48,778 nt of DNA from Asterionella formosa (Eukaryota). The stretch is from the NCBI GenBank assembly GCA_002256025.1, contig NKIB01014000.1:1-48778 (forward strand). The letters run 5' to 3'. The translations under genes and the position numbers were made by a program. The notes below the pieces were generated by a model, which made no database searches, was not told where the DNA came from, and saw nothing but the letters and a program-made list of their open reading frames with translations. Below, piece by piece: positions 10,656 through 21,651 of this stretch. Position 1 is the first letter of the stretch, and every line of letters begins with the position of its first letter.

Positions 10656-13377
10656 CTGAAAAATTCATTGAAAAACAACCCACATCATCAATATAAATTT
10701 CCACATCATCTAAATCACTAAGGATCTGTTCCATGGTTTCTTGTACAATGTCAGATGATTGTTTCACCCCCATAGGGAGGCGTAAATATTTATATAAACC
10801 AAATGGAGTTGAAATAACACACAAGTTTTGACTCTCCTCATCCAATGCAAAAGTATAGTATTGCATAGAAACATCCAATTTGGTGAAAAATACATAACCA
10901 GCACGTTTAGTGAGAATATTTTGTATTCGAGGCAAAGGATATATATTGCGATTGATGACTTTATTAAGTTCACGAAAATCTGATACCCATCGGACACTTC
11001 CATCCTTTTTTGGAATAATAAAAGTGGGAGATGCCCATTTAGAAGCACCACATTTTTGGAGGACTCCAATATCACATAATCGTTGTAATTCCGTTTTGAA
11101 AACTTTTAAATGAATATGAGCGACCGGATATGCTCGTTGATGACGAGGAACAGCATTTGATAATAATTCCAAATGTACCTGTTTATGAGGATATACTTTT
11201 AATTTGCCATCAAATAATGTTTGATATTTAACCAATATAGATCGTAAACATAATCGTTGTATTGTTGTCAAATGTATCTGTTTATCCACCACTGTATCAA
11301 TATTTAAGTAATTATATTCAGCAGCTTTAATTTCCAGCGCATATGAAGATTCCACAATCATAGGTGCATCGAAATATAATAATATATCTCGTAAACGTTC
11401 TTTATCATCAAAGAATGTGAGAGGATGCATAGGAACAATCATATCCATACAGGACATGGTGTTATTTACGAAGTCAATGGTTAAACCAATTTGACATTTG
11501 AAATCACGTCCTAAAATAACGTCAAAGGTGCATTGACCATTAAAGACTTGACACTTTTGTTGTAAAATATGAGCGGATCGATTAAATTCCGGTAAAATCA
11601 GGTCATATATCATGACACTGGCATGAGATGAATAAGTACCAGCTATGGTATGTATTAATTGGGAAGTCTCGTCAGACAAAGAAATACCTTGAGGCATAAC
11701 CCGTCATGTATTAAGGATAACGATCCTCCACTATCAAATAATACTCGTAGTATTTGATGTATCGGTATATTATCCACCAATCTTGGCGCTAAAAGAGACA
11801 TCGGAATCAGATCAATTGACTATATCCTTAGAAGCAAGTAAAACAGGAAACCGGAATTGGGCCCTGATATGTATGTGGAATGTCATGTCCATCGATGCAT
11901 TTATATATGTCCCGTGTTACAGCAACAGCGGTATTCATAGTGTACTCAACCTGTAAATAAACAATATTATCCAGGTGATGACTAACGTGAGATACTATAC
12001 TCAACAAGTCATTATGAATAGCATCGCTATTATTGCACATACCTTTGTAATGGCGATCAGCAATCTGCTGTTGTGTAGTAGGGACAAAAGTCACTATCTG
12101 ACCAGCAGGAGGGTTCGTGACCACTGAATTTTCCTGGGCCGATGTATTCTCGGTAGGATTGGCACGTGGCACGGTACCCCAACCGAATGGATGAGCATTA
12201 CGACCCCATGTATTTAACGTACGAGCATGTGGAACAGATACAGGGTTAGCAGTGTCAGTATGGTAGCTTTCCGTAGGATTACTGTGTGAACCGCCTCCAC
12301 AACCATCAAAATGTCCTCGTCTACCGAAACTGGAACGGCCATGTCCATTATGACGACCAGCCATGCGACCTGCTCGACCACCTTGAGTACGAGGATTCTG
12401 AAAACAATTTCCCAAGTATGTGTACCTTCAGGATGCACCGGGCAAGGGCCACGATAATCATGGTATGTACGACTGGCTTGTAGAGCTTGATGACGAACAG
12501 TCGCCTGACAATCCCATGCACAACCGGCTGCATTGACAATGACACGCACTCTTCCATGACCACTTGGAGTAAAATTATCATTGTAGAATTGACGACTGAC
12601 ATGCTCGTTTTCTTGATGCATCACACGATTGCCTTCAGCAATACGAAGACGATTTTGCGTGATTGTTTGAAAACTGTTCTTGGGAAGATGCTTGTTTCGA
12701 TCCTTAAACGATTGTTGACTCTCGAAGTAAGCGATAACTGAGCGAATTGATTGATCTGAAGTTTTAGCATGATTCAATTCAAACTCTTGTTGCCACTCAT
12801 TGGGCATAGAACGGATGATGATAATCCGCATATCTTCTTTTGACAATCCGTTTTGATCTTCTGGAAGAGGCATTGGTTGAAGTAGCCTGTTCAAAGTTTT
12901 AATGCGAGCTCCGAAATCCATTACCAACATAGAAAAAGGTTTAGACAAGTAATGTAGCATCCATTGCCATTAATGTTGAAAACTCTCGTTTGGTAAATGA
13001 TCATCTAGCCATAAAGTCATTGCTTCATCGAAACTATCGTAGGATTGATCTTCTGGATGTACTTCCACATTCAACCAATCCGATAAGGCAGTGTCGGTCA
13101 AACACCTTTTAAAGTAGGAAAAGGTATCTGCAGGGCTAAAGGCACATGTGTTAGCCATGTCTCGAAATTGATTCACTCCAATCAACAATGCTTCCATAGA
13201 GCCTCGATCGATTTTATCTTGATCAAACGATTCAAACCTTCCACCGGATAAAGCAACTCTGAATGGTTTAGTCTTGATAGTCAATACATTGTAATCTTTG
13301 ATCAAAGGAATGACAGGAACCCTTGAATACATTGCCATGTTTGTTTTCTTCTAATTGGACTCTTTTTGAATTCAAAG

Positions 13378-13476
13378 TGAAGCATCTATTTTGAAGTAGT
13401 AGTATTTGTTGAATATATGAGCTAATTAATCTTATATACAACTTGTTTCCCAAGTTGACATCAAAGTATACAATAG
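13378..13476 (-). repeat. Truncated 5' LTR of the Gypsy element
   Basis: Direct repeat of 7971-8069. Homology stops at 13476, so the outer ~75 bp of the LTR is missing. It ends 40 nt before the gag ATG. Confidence 0.75.
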
Positions 13477-14147
13477 TTTGTTATGTATGAAATATTTAGC
13501 CACCGGCATAATGGATCCTTATTCATATTTATATGCTGGCCTACTCGAAACCTAACTATGGAAGAACCGGCAGGCTTGTCAATGACTTGATCTTCTATTA
13601 TTGCGTCTATTAGGCTCCAATTTGTTCAGTTCAATCGAAATACGTACCATTCAATTGACTCAAATGAATTATTGGCGACTTTGATTTTCGTTGTTAATAT
13701 TAGTGCTATTCCAATAGTTCTTCTACAATTGTACTTTCTATGTCATGCTAGATATACGTATCAAATAGGAAGGCGGCCGTTGTTCTCGATTTTTGCAGAC
13801 ATTTCCGCTATTTTCGTCATGGTCAAGGCTGAGGCGACATGATGCACAAGATGCTCACCAGCCAGACACCACAATTACTCTTTACATACTGACTACAAGT
13901 TATTTTTTAAATAGTCCATTCATACTCCCCTCTTTCAAGGCAAGTATTTCATTGTTCTACCTGCCAACAAGACCTGTGCTTTCCTAGTTTTGTTAGCATA
14001 GGTGAGTCCCCAACCACCTTTCAGGAAAGATGATCGTCATAGCGGCAGCATTAGGCGGGGAAGCTCCAACTGCCTAGGAAGGCAGCACAAGCTGCTTGCA
14101 GGGGGGCAACCCATTATTTCTTGCACACCAGGCAAGACGGTGCAGTA

Positions 14148-14259
14148 TGGTAAGGAGTGTGGGAGTCGAACCCAACAATTGCTTCTTAAAAAATTGCTGG
14201 AATCGAATCTCACAACCTCAGATCAAAGGTAACATGCTAAACCACTAAGCTATTCCCTT
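14148..14259 (-). mobile_element. tRNA-derived sequence (SINE head or tRNA retropseudogene)
   Basis: Minus strand: A-box TAGCTTAGTGG, a CTTTGAT loop, a B-box-like GATTCGATTCC, a T6 tract, a second T-arm GGGTTCGACTCCC, then ACTCCTTACCA. The 3' end partly pairs with the 5' GGTAAGGG and carries an encoded CCA. It does not fold as a canonical cloverleaf. Confidence 0.6.
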
Positions 14260-14653
14260 ACCTTTACAGAGTGATTAATCCATAGAAAAGGATTGCTAAA
14301 TAATAATGTACAACGAACGGCCCACGAGGTTTCCTTGGTTTCTCCTTGCTGATGATGCATCCGAGCTACCTGTATACTACCTGGTACCACAATGGTACAC
14401 AGTACACACATAAACTTTTTAAGTGACTAAAATAAGACCGAAAATCGTCGGACAAGAATTCGACTGAAACAATTTTGCTTGATGTCTGAAATGATTTTAC
14501 GGATGTCTGAAACGATTTGTATATAAAGCGCTAGATACCGTTATACAATGATGTAATTATTTTTCTATGGAGACGGACAAGCGACTCGAAAGACATAGGT
14601 ATTATTGATATTATGATCCATTGTTTCTCATGTGTTTTGTCAAGACGGAAGAT

Positions 14654-16726
14654 ATGTCATGGCCGCATATCATTACAGGTCTCCCTACTTGTGGCAACAA
14701 GTCCGCAAAGATTTCGGAAGGAACGAAAAGTGCAACAATCACCTTATCCTTGGAGGAAGTATATCATTTCCGCAACGAAGTTGTACCCGTGGGTCAATGT
14801 GCGCTTCATATGGCGCTGCAGCGGAACTTGCCCCTTCAAGTTATTCGAGTAATAGTAGAATCAGACCCCTCGACTTTGATGGTATCTGACAACAATGGAG
14901 AGATACCCCTCATGACTGGTAAGTGTTGCTTTTTCCTGAAACCAATCACAAAGGATCAGCAGCAGTAGCAGCAGCTCATTGCATATTAGGTCCCTAACGC
15001 TAGAATCTATACTCGCTCCCCCTCCTTCCCCCATTATTACATAGCGTTACGACATGGCCTTCCCATGAAGACCATTGAATACTTGGTCGACCAGGATTTT
15101 TCGACACTTTATGCACGTAACTTTGAAGGAAAGGTCCCACTTCACCTTGCCATTGACTTTGCCTGTTCCTCAGTTCAGAGTACACGCCTACTAGACAATG
15201 GAACAACGCGTGTCACCACCCGAGGTGCACACCCTGACCAGGCTGAATCGGACGAAAACAGTTTAGCCATTGTTGAGTATTTACTTAAACGAGGTCCATT
15301 TTCGGCGGACATGGGCGATGTTCACGATTCTTCACCGCTGTATACAGCAGTATCACATCAAGGCCCGGGACGCATAGAGACGTTTGAAGCCATGCGTCGA
15401 GGCTTTGCATACATAAGGGAGAAAGGACTTTGCCAAATTCCAAATCTCCTACAGAATTCTTGTCGACGACATCGTCTCCATGACAAGGAAACCCCGTTAC
15501 ACGTCGTATGCCGTCCTAGTCACTTTTCCCCATATCTGATATCTACCATCATGAAATTAGATCCCATTTCAGTCATTATCAAGAACAACATGAACCAAAC
15601 ACCTCTCCATATACTGTGCGACCCATATCAAGATAGCGACCGAGCAGAACGACGGCGAAATACTTTAGATCAAACAGAATTGAATTCACTCATTTTGGAA
15701 TTGGTCAAAGTAACTCCACAAGCCTTAAGGATTTGTGACCACATGAATCGACTCCCGATTCATGTCTATTTGGAGTCGAGCTACATCGACCCAAAAGATC
15801 CTATTGTGTTGAGCCACATGCTAAAGCTGTACCCGCAGAGTTGCTGGATAGAAAGTCCCACCTATGGGCCTATTTCATACATGGTAACGAAGGATGCCCT
15901 TCTTTCGGAGAATTCCAATGGATTTGTGCCTTTTGTTGAAGTGTTGGACGACAAAGAAGTTACTTTGTATCCCGAAGTAATCGATCCTACGCTTGTTTGT
16001 CTTTGGCTTGTACTGAATCATTGTCACACCGGTGATTTCTCCTTTCAGCCAAGATTGGAGGTGAACGCAATCTATAGCCTTGAAGCAATACATGTTTTTT
16101 TGTCTCAAATGTCGAAAGAAGTACTTCACGGCTCCAGATACGAAGCTAATATTCGGTGCGTTGGGCGTCTTGTTGCTAACTCTCTTGTTTCAGCAAGTTA
16201 TCGCAAGAGTCTCCTCTCTCTCGTCATTGGGACACTGCCACCTGAGCCAATGGCAGAAGACGAAATATGGCCTTGTCTAATGGTAAAGGAAATGCAGCGA
16301 ACGATTGAGACTTGCGATTTTTCGGCTCTAAAGCATGAGGTTATAAACAATATTTATCGTGATAACAACACCGTAAGTATGATACTTTTGTGTCCTCAGT
16401 TCGACCGCATCACAATGATGCTCGTATTCCCAACAATTACGCCAAACATGATTACCCCGAGTCATTCATTCTGCCCATTTTACAAATCCATGGCACTTTA
16501 CAAGTTCTTGACACGTAAGTCACTTCCATGTCAACTTAACTTTGAAGCCTCAAACATCGTTGCTCAATTGACGCCGCCACAACTGTTGCATGCACGATTT
16601 GGTCAACTCACTCATTTTATGGAGGAGGATGGCGACATTTTCCCTCATGAGATACACGAGTTGATGGAAAGCATGTCGCAAAGGCTGGACAACTATCTTT
16701 ACGACGATTCAGTTGCTGTATGCTAG
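14654..16726 (+). CDS. Ankyrin-repeat protein; exons ~14654-14918 and 15045-16726 (5' end uncertain)
   Basis: A GTAAGT donor at 14919, a CTAAC branch site at ~14994 and an ATAG acceptor at 15044 join GEIPLMT-ALRHGLPMKTIEYL in frame. Repeated ankyrin motifs: GQCALHMA, GKVPLHLA, SSPLYTA, ETPLHVVC, QTPLHILC, RLPIHV. Confidence 0.8.
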
Positions 16727-17034
16727 AAGTGGCAACTGCTGCCTTATCAAGGACACTTGTTTGTGGACTTTGCACACTGACTTAACTCTGACAGACGCGA
16801 GCAACAAGAACCGATTGCATTGGTTGAATTCAAATTATGTCTGGTAATTGTGGCTACTGTAGTTTGACGCAATTGTTTCAAGTATTCAGTTTGTTTTATA
16901 CGTGAAATGAGCATGATTTCCCTATTTCACAGGCGGGCCCTGTTTGTTCGCTTTTTTGGAAAGAAGGGCAAGCCAAGATTCTAGAATTTCATCATCGGTA
17001 ATAAGTTAAGCTCTTGACGTTTATTTAGGTCTAA

Positions 17035-20000
17035 TTATTTGCCGCTGTGGCGGCGAAAAAAGCTCCTTAGTCCCCGTTTCTTCTCAGGTGAGTCCTTGTT
17101 TTCCTGAGAAGCAGTTGATAATTTCGACATCATACTGGCTTTCGACAATATCTCTGTCTTTGACAGGACAAGATTATCCACAGGTACGGTGGAGTCTGAA
17201 TGTCCACTAGATTGCCAAGCGATAGGAGGGATCGATCGTTCTATCCTAGCAGCTGTCTGATGTGGAGGTGTTCGAGGCATGGGAGGCTTGGAATCAATTT
17301 TGCTTGCTTCCACATTCAGTGAATTATGGTTATTACCTGCCTCACTACCAGCTCGAGCGCCTTCCGGGTCATCCGTTGCAGCTTCCAAGCGATGAGGGAA
17401 TTTTGGTGGCAAGCCTCGATGAGGCGATGACGGTGGCGAGCATTCTATTTGAAGTTCAGTCAGCAACATCAATGAAATATCTGTGGAGTCAGCTGTACTG
17501 TAACTTCTTACTTCTTGTGTACAGAATTCGGCTGCGTCTGGGATCGAGCTGACACCCATTTCCGAGACTTCAACATACTTGTGCCCTTCCACTTCCGTTA
17601 AGTCCATGACCCGAACCGGGCTACTTTGAGTGACGATGGGACCTGATAAGCAACGTTCTGAAGGGGAATTTTTGCCTTGTTCTGACGGTTGTATTAGCTC
17701 AAGTTTGGGGGATGTGGTCGACTTGGTGCCATTGATCGGACAAAGCAACTGAATTGAATCACAGGCTTGGTCAGTATTGGCGAGACCATTGCAGCTGTAC
17801 TGCTTGAAGCTAAATGCATTACGAAGCCATGTAGCTGTCATATCCTCCAACGTCACGTCATCCTTTCCTTGTTGACGTTCACCGTGATTTTCCGACTGCA
17901 AGTCGTACTCTGGAAGAAAAATCTCGACTTTTGAGATTGCACTGTTCGATCCCAATTGCTCTGGTTGCCCAACAAAATAGATACATTTCTCAGATGGTAC
18001 GGTTTCCGTTTCGTCAAACATTGAATCCCTTTCGACAATATTCTTCTTGACCGTGAAGTACGAGCACATTTTAGTCACAAAATCTGACCCGCACTCAAAA
18101 TCAGGGTACCTTTCTACCCACCCTGCGGTTTCTTGTTTGTGCATTTCAAGACAACATCCAATCGCTCGATCACTAGCAGTAGGTTGGTCTGGTAACTTCG
18201 GCACGCTATGTGAAGGGCTATCGACTGGAGTCATGAACTCTTCTCGGACAGAAATAAAATTCAACAACGTTGCGTTTCGTTCTGGCGAGCCACAAGTCTG
18301 AGGTTGTTGCGATGCACTCTTGATCTTGGGTGGGGGTTCTGGAGTATCCCGTCCCGCCAGAGATGTTTGGTACTTCATTCCACTTAGATTCGGAATCAAG
18401 CTTGATGATTGATATTGTTCATCCTCAAGCCAGGGTCCCGTCAACCCACTTGCCACAGTGCGATAGTCGTCATACATATCAATGTTCTGAATTGGTGCGC
18501 AATGATTTAGTTGGTATTCACCGCTCGTAGTCCCCACGGGACTAAAGGTGCGAGCTGCCTTGGGTTGTTCATTTACTAATGAGCTTTCGTCGCGAAAATG
18601 TCTTGTTGTGGTATTGAACCATTCATCCGAAGGCGTGTTACTCGGTAACCTCATGATGAGTGAATTCGGTTTCCAAACTCTCACCTCGTCTGACGGAGAA
18701 AGAGTGCTGGAATGCCCAGCCAAATCATAGTGTACATGATCAGCAGATGGCGGCGTCATGACAGCATCCCTGCCCCGTGATTGTTGATCCTTTCCCGGGG
18801 AGACTGCCACCGTCTTGGCCTTACGGTTTAATGTAGAGCTAAATATAGTCTTTCTGGGGGCGGCCACACTTGGAGTCTCGCCATGCACCAATGCCATGTT
18901 CACAGGCGGTTGAGGTTTGCTCACAAAATCAACGTGCAACACTGCGCGCTGGGCAATAACATCCGATCGAGCCATTTCCACACTAACGTGTCGCAACTTA
19001 AATGAAACATCGGTACCTGGTAACAAGTGTTGAACATAGGCTCGAAAGTCATCCCGCATTAAAGCATCTAGTCTTGCTGGATCGTCATCAAGCTGTTCTT
19101 CGTCATTGAAAAAATCATGCACCACTCGACATGATGGCATTTCCTCATCGTACTTGGCCGCATCCAACACCAAACCACCATCGAGTATGTCAACTCGCTT
19201 ATTACACACCATCAATGCACCTTCTCGTGGATCTGGAGATGTTGCAAAGGAGTGCGAATGCCGTGAATTACTCTTCAATAGCTTTTGCATTACCCAGTCC
19301 CCCATTTTCGATCGATGAGTAAAGTAATCTGACCAAAGTTTTACTCGCAAGTAAGCACCAAAGGAGTCAAATGTCAATTGTTCTGGCGTGTAGACGATTC
19401 CGAAATATTCAAGAGCTAACAAAATATCCGATCCATTGCAATCATCAGGAATTCGGATCGCTTCTGTATTATAATAAGCTCGAATGCATGTAGTTAACCA
19501 TGGATGCCAAATGAAAGATTGACTATGATTTGAAGCGGCACAGTCTTGCTCGGGGTCCAATCTTAACGTCTGTTTTCCTCCTCGTTGTCTTGTATCCAAT
19601 GGTAGAGTCGGCCGACTACTGGCATCGTCGTCCATTTTATACTGCCATTCTCTGTATAATAGGGAATCTTTCCATCGGTCGCAACTGATCCCAAAACTGG
19701 CAGCGGCTTCTCTCATTTCCAATTCTCGTTGTATCATAAGTGAGACTGGGATACAAAATGAGGAATTCCCTTGACTCTTATGACTTATTATCACAACTTT
19801 CAAAGGGGAGTCATCTTTGAGAAATCGTTCCAACTCCGACATGGACCAAGTGCTATCCGATTGTCTCACTGTTAAAGAACGAGGCGATCGTTGCAAAATG
19901 GAATCCTTGCTGCCTTTTTCCTGCGTAGATAATTTAGATGGCGATCCAGAACCACTGGGTTGATTCTGTGAGGAATTCATTGCGGAATGGTCCCAAAGGG

Positions 20001-20248
20001 TGAGATGTCATATACTTGTCAGGATTGCATCGGTCAATCAAGATTTAAGTACTCACCGATGACTTCCGACTTGCATTGCTTCCACGATTTACTGTAGAAG
20101 CTTGAACGTTTGCTGATTTTCCCGAATCCTTCCGGACGGAGGCAATTAAGCGCTGGATGTCTGCTACATCTGTTTCATCTAATAGAGCCTCTCTCTGTGT
20201 CCCAAGTCTTTTCTGAGGTAATGATCGTGCTCGAGTTCCTATCGCCAT
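17035..20248 (-). CDS. Large protein with a BTB/POZ-like N-terminal region and long Ser/Pro-rich disordered C-terminus; exons 20248-20057 and 19965-17035
   Basis: 981-aa ORF plus an upstream exon joined in phase 0 by a GTGAGT...CACAG intron (20056-19966). 'CIRAYYNTEAIRIPDDCNGSDILLALEYFGI' resembles the end of BTB/T1 folds (BTBD10/KCTD-like). The domain call is tentative. Confidence 0.7.
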
Positions 20249-21651
20249 GGTGAATGAATCTCTTTTCAATGGATCAGCCTGCTGCGAAAGTGTAGACCCA
20301 GTTTTGTGGTATACCCTTTTGGAGATATGCGCCAGTATGACAATGATAATGTAAGATAAAAACGTCAATGAAGCTGGATTGACCATGAATTTTCGATCTG
20401 AAATAATTTCCTCAGGTATGAATATTATAGTTACCCAACGGACTAGCCATGACTGTACTCTCCCGTTTTCTGACGAGACACAAGCCAGCAAAGCACTTTT
20501 TAAATGATATAACGATCTAACTATGCTTCATGTACGTTGATTGATGTTTCGCTGAATTGCCTAAACCAAAACTTTGAGTTCGCTATGTATTCTGTTCATG
20601 TAGAACATAAAGGGAAAATTTTGGTGAGAAGAATCAGGTAAATAGAGACGTTTTGAAAAAATTATAAATACATAATATTTACACTATGTACTGCTCGATC
20701 CAGTTTTCGTCGATGAAAAAAATCTCTTCACAAATTACAGGACGATTATTATGAAATTCGGAATGCCAGCTCCGAATCATTCGTTTGTTAGGCAGTATTA
20801 TTTTGTTGTTAATGTTGCGTTGGAAATGCCGCCTATTGCAAGTTGACGTCCCGTCATTAGTAAATCACGCTAAAGAGCAATTCCAGATTCTGATTGCTGC
20901 CAAAATAGATTGCTTGCAATAACAGCATTGCCATTAATGTAGGCGATGGCGAGTTTTCGAACAACAAATTGAATCCATCGGAAGGGATCATGTGGGTGAG
21001 TGACCTTCGCTTGATCTCATACAACAAGCTATCAAAGAAACAATGAATCACTTTTTTTTCAAATTGCTACGAAAAACTGATGTGCGAGATGTGTGACACG
21101 ACAGTGTCAAACGGAGATATTGTGGATCGTCAATCGTCGAATGCCTTGCAACTTTATGAAAGCGCAAGACAGTGCAAAACTGGATACAACATTGAGCATG
21201 TTTTCACCTCTTTTTTATTTTACTGTGCTATTGTAAAGATTGACTTACTTGGCTAGCAATTTTGATTCATATTGTCTCCTCTTAAGTACACCTGCCGAGT
21301 GAGAAATATTTACTTTCCCTATACCCCGTTAGAACCAGAGCGTATACCTGAAAATTATGATCTCGATCGCAATGTTACATTAACTGGATGGCCGATGATA
21401 AAATCCGACTTGCGCAATCATCTGATGAGAGCGTGCAGTGTGATAAGTACCATGGTAATTGTACTAATGATGTACCTATGGCAAGAGATATAGAGATAGC
21501 TACATTAAACATACATGGAATAAACTACCGGTACATAAGAAACAACAATTCCGTTGAAGAATTTTCCCATCAGTAGCAATCTTTCAATGTACTTTGGTCC
21601 GGTCTTTCATCAATCTCATATCCGATATCTATACAAGCAAGTATAGTCATA

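Larger units (their letters stand above)
7971..13476 (-). mobile_element. Degenerate Ty3/Gypsy LTR retrotransposon (gag-PR-RT-RNaseH-IN)
   Basis: Minus-strand domains in Gypsy order: gag (13338-~12200, with an in-frame stop at 12970), protease RVLFDSGGS (~11750-11720), RT (WASPTF, LPMG, YIDD), RNase H ([19 protein letters not shown]), integrase (CEACQ, VAVDLIGP, PQANAICER, GPF; stop at 8171). Multiple frameshifts and stops. A purine tract (GTGGGAGAG) precedes the 3' LTR. Confidence 0.93.

Noticed and set aside
12961..12972. Programmed stop read-through in Gypsy gag
   Set aside because: The element has many other lesions, so a simple nonsense mutation is more parsimonious.
14148..14259. Functional tRNA gene
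   Set aside because: Poor anticodon stem, mismatched acceptor stem, internal T6 tract and duplicated T-arm.
20760..21493. Possible small spliced gene ending in a hydrophobic segment (21272-21493)
   Set aside because: I could not build a consistent exon chain or recognise any motif; RNA-seq is needed.
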